The notes under the pieces: model-generated
The model's input: the letters and a program-made list of their open reading frames with translations, nothing else
Databases searched by the model: none
Told to the model about the DNA's origin: nothing
Part shown: positions 24,095 through 25,106 of the stretch, piece by piece
Layout of the letters: every line of letters starts with the position of its first letter
Numbering within the stretch: the stretch's first letter is position 1
Position numbers and translations under genes: made by a program
Source: a virus
Taxonomy: Duplodnaviria; Caudoviricetes
Virus record (IMG/VR): IMGVR_UViG_3300013767_000024
Coordinates: 1-25,106 of that record
Reading direction: 5' to 3' (one strand)
Length of the DNA stretch: 25,106 nt

Positions 24095-24384
24095 GCGGCC
24101 TCTGCACAATCGATAGGCTGTATTTCCGCTTTACAACCTTCGCGTTGTAGCGCGACGTCACCGGGCTCTTCGCCCAGACCGCACAGCCAGTCCAGCGAGC
24201 ATTTGAGTGTCAGCGCCAGCGCGGCGGCGGCCTCAATGTTGGGCGAGATCTTCTCGTCCTCGTACCGGTAGATGGATCGGTAATCGATCCCGGACCGCTC
24301 GCCAAGCTGGCGAACGGCGAGCTTTCTCTTCAGCCTGGCCTGCTTCAGCCGCGCGCCGAAATGGGTTCTGCGTGGCTGCGTCAT
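24091..24384 (-). CDS. XRE-family helix-turn-helix protein
   Basis: FGARLKQARLKR...QLGERSGIDYRSIYRYE...PNIE...CSLDWL. Confidence 0.9.
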   Translation of the reverse strand: MTQPRRTHFGARLKQARLKRKLAVRQLGERSGIDYRSIYRYEDEKISPNIEAAAALALTLKCSLDWLCGLGEEPGDVALQREGCKAEIQPIDCAEAA

Positions 24385-24806
24385 GCGATCACCCCGTCGA
24401 ACGAAACGCCATGCTCGTTGGCAGCGTGCGCCTGCACCTTGGTCACGTACTCACTGAACTCGCCGACAGTGAACTCTGTCGTCGACTTGCGTCGCTGGTG
24501 AAGCCGGCCGTCAGGGAGACGCATTTCCTCGCGTGGGGCGAAAAGTTCGGCCATATGCTCGTGCCACGCGGCCTGGCTGAATTGTTCGCCATCTACCCAG
24601 GCCTGGTCGCTAATGTCGCGCAGCACCACGCCGAAGTAGAAGGCGTTCTGTTCCTTCGTGCGCCGGCGCTCTTCAGCCGTCACGATGATGCGCAGAGGCT
24701 CGCCCTTGTCGGCGCAGGCCTTCGCGTTCGCCTTGATGAACGACACAATGAAGGGCCAGATCCCCGGGCTCTTCAGCGTGAACTCCTTGTACAGGGCGCC
24801 GGCCAT
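24381..24806 (-). CDS. ninB: NinB/YbcN-family recombination protein
   Basis: True start MAGALYKEF (ATG 24806). RTKEQNAFY, DISDQ and STTEFTVGEFSEY motifs. Confidence 0.85.
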   Translation of the reverse strand: MAGALYKEFTLKSPGIWPFIVSFIKANAKACADKGEPLRIIVTAEERRRTKEQNAFYFGVVLRDISDQAWVDGEQFSQAAWHEHMAELFAPREEMRLPDGRLHQRRKSTTEFTVGEFSEYVTKVQAHAANEHGVSFDGVIA

Positions 24807-24808
24807 GA

Positions 24809-24913
24809 TCAAGCCCCCGGACGCGCCAGACGTATGACACGATTCCAGCGGCAGTTCGCCGGCCGGTGCCCGAAGCCTCCGCAGTTGCAGCAGTAGCCGT
24901 TCCAAGTCTTCAT
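24809..24913 (-). CDS. 34-aa microprotein with CCHC zinc knuckle
   Basis: MKTWNGYCCNCGGFGHRPANCRWNRVIRLARPGA*. GGAG upstream and ATGA overlap with the preceding ORF. Confidence 0.65.
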   Translation of the reverse strand: MKTWNGYCCNCGGFGHRPANCRWNRVIRLARPGA

Positions 24914-24987
24914 CGCATGCTCCACAAAAGTAGCCCAACGATCAGGGCCAGGGTCACACCGCTCCAAACCATCGCCAGGTCATCCAT
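24910..24987 (-). CDS. 25-aa single-transmembrane microprotein
   Basis: MDDLAMVWSGVTLALIVGLLLWSMR*. AGGAG RBS and TGATG overlap with the upstream gene. Confidence 0.55.
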   Translation of the reverse strand: MDDLAMVWSGVTLALIVGLLLWSMR

Positions 24988-25106
24988 CACGTCTCCTGTT
25001 TTCGCGCGTACTCAAGGATCGCCAGAGCGTCCGCGTGGTTGTCGTCGACGACGCGGTGGCCGCGAGCGCGCATGGCGGCAATCATTGCGTCCTTGTTGGC
25101 GTTGCC
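24987..25106 (-). CDS. C-terminus of a phage RuvC-like Holliday junction resolvase (partial)
   Basis: GNANKDAMIAAMRARGHRVVDDNHADALAILEYARKQET* matches the G.A.K...D..ADA.A RuvC C-terminal motif. Confidence 0.7.
   Translation of the reverse strand, partial: GNANKDAMIAAMRARGHRVVDDNHADALAILEYARKQET

Larger units (their letters stand above)
220..25106 (-). mobile_element. Prophage (contractile-tailed temperate phage), extending beyond the window
   Basis: Complete, apparently intact packaging-head-neck-tail gene order preceded by nin-like genes. att sites and integrase are not in the window. Confidence 0.9.

Noticed and set aside
23901-24161. N-terminal extension of the NinX-like ORF (203 aa)
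   Set aside because: It overlaps two better genes; the family motif begins at MKVSELEG (23900).
24807-24938. N-terminal extension of NinB given in the ORF track
   Set aside because: It uses a non-ATG start. The region is better explained by two coupled microproteins, with NinB starting at ATG 24806.

Overview
This window is the late region of a GC-rich temperate myovirus prophage, probably from a Betaproteobacterial (Ralstonia/Cupriavidus/Burkholderia-like) host; the host is inferred from composition and gene style only. Almost everything is encoded on the minus strand. Read right to left, it starts with the end of a nin-like early region: a RuvC-like fragment, two unannotated microproteins, NinB, an XRE HTH, a Cys-rich protein and a NinX-like protein. 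Next come a Q-like late regulator with a pR'/tR'-like promoter and terminator, two small ORFs and about 390 nt of densely structured non-coding leader. The structural genes follow: TerS, TerL, portal, scaffold, major capsid, several small paralogous head-associated proteins, neck genes, sheath, tube, and a tail chaperone with a -1 frameshift. After these come an antisense membrane-protein moron, tape measure, baseplate genes with an inserted HNH endonuclease, tail fibre and fibre chaperone. No integrase, lysis genes, head protease, tRNA or CRISPR array is visible. The most notable items are the structured RNA cluster before terS, a three-way-junction RNA before the tail chaperone, a 34-aa CCHC zinc-knuckle microprotein and the array of small paralogues after the capsid gene. 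All family assignments come from motif recognition and synteny; no database searches were run.
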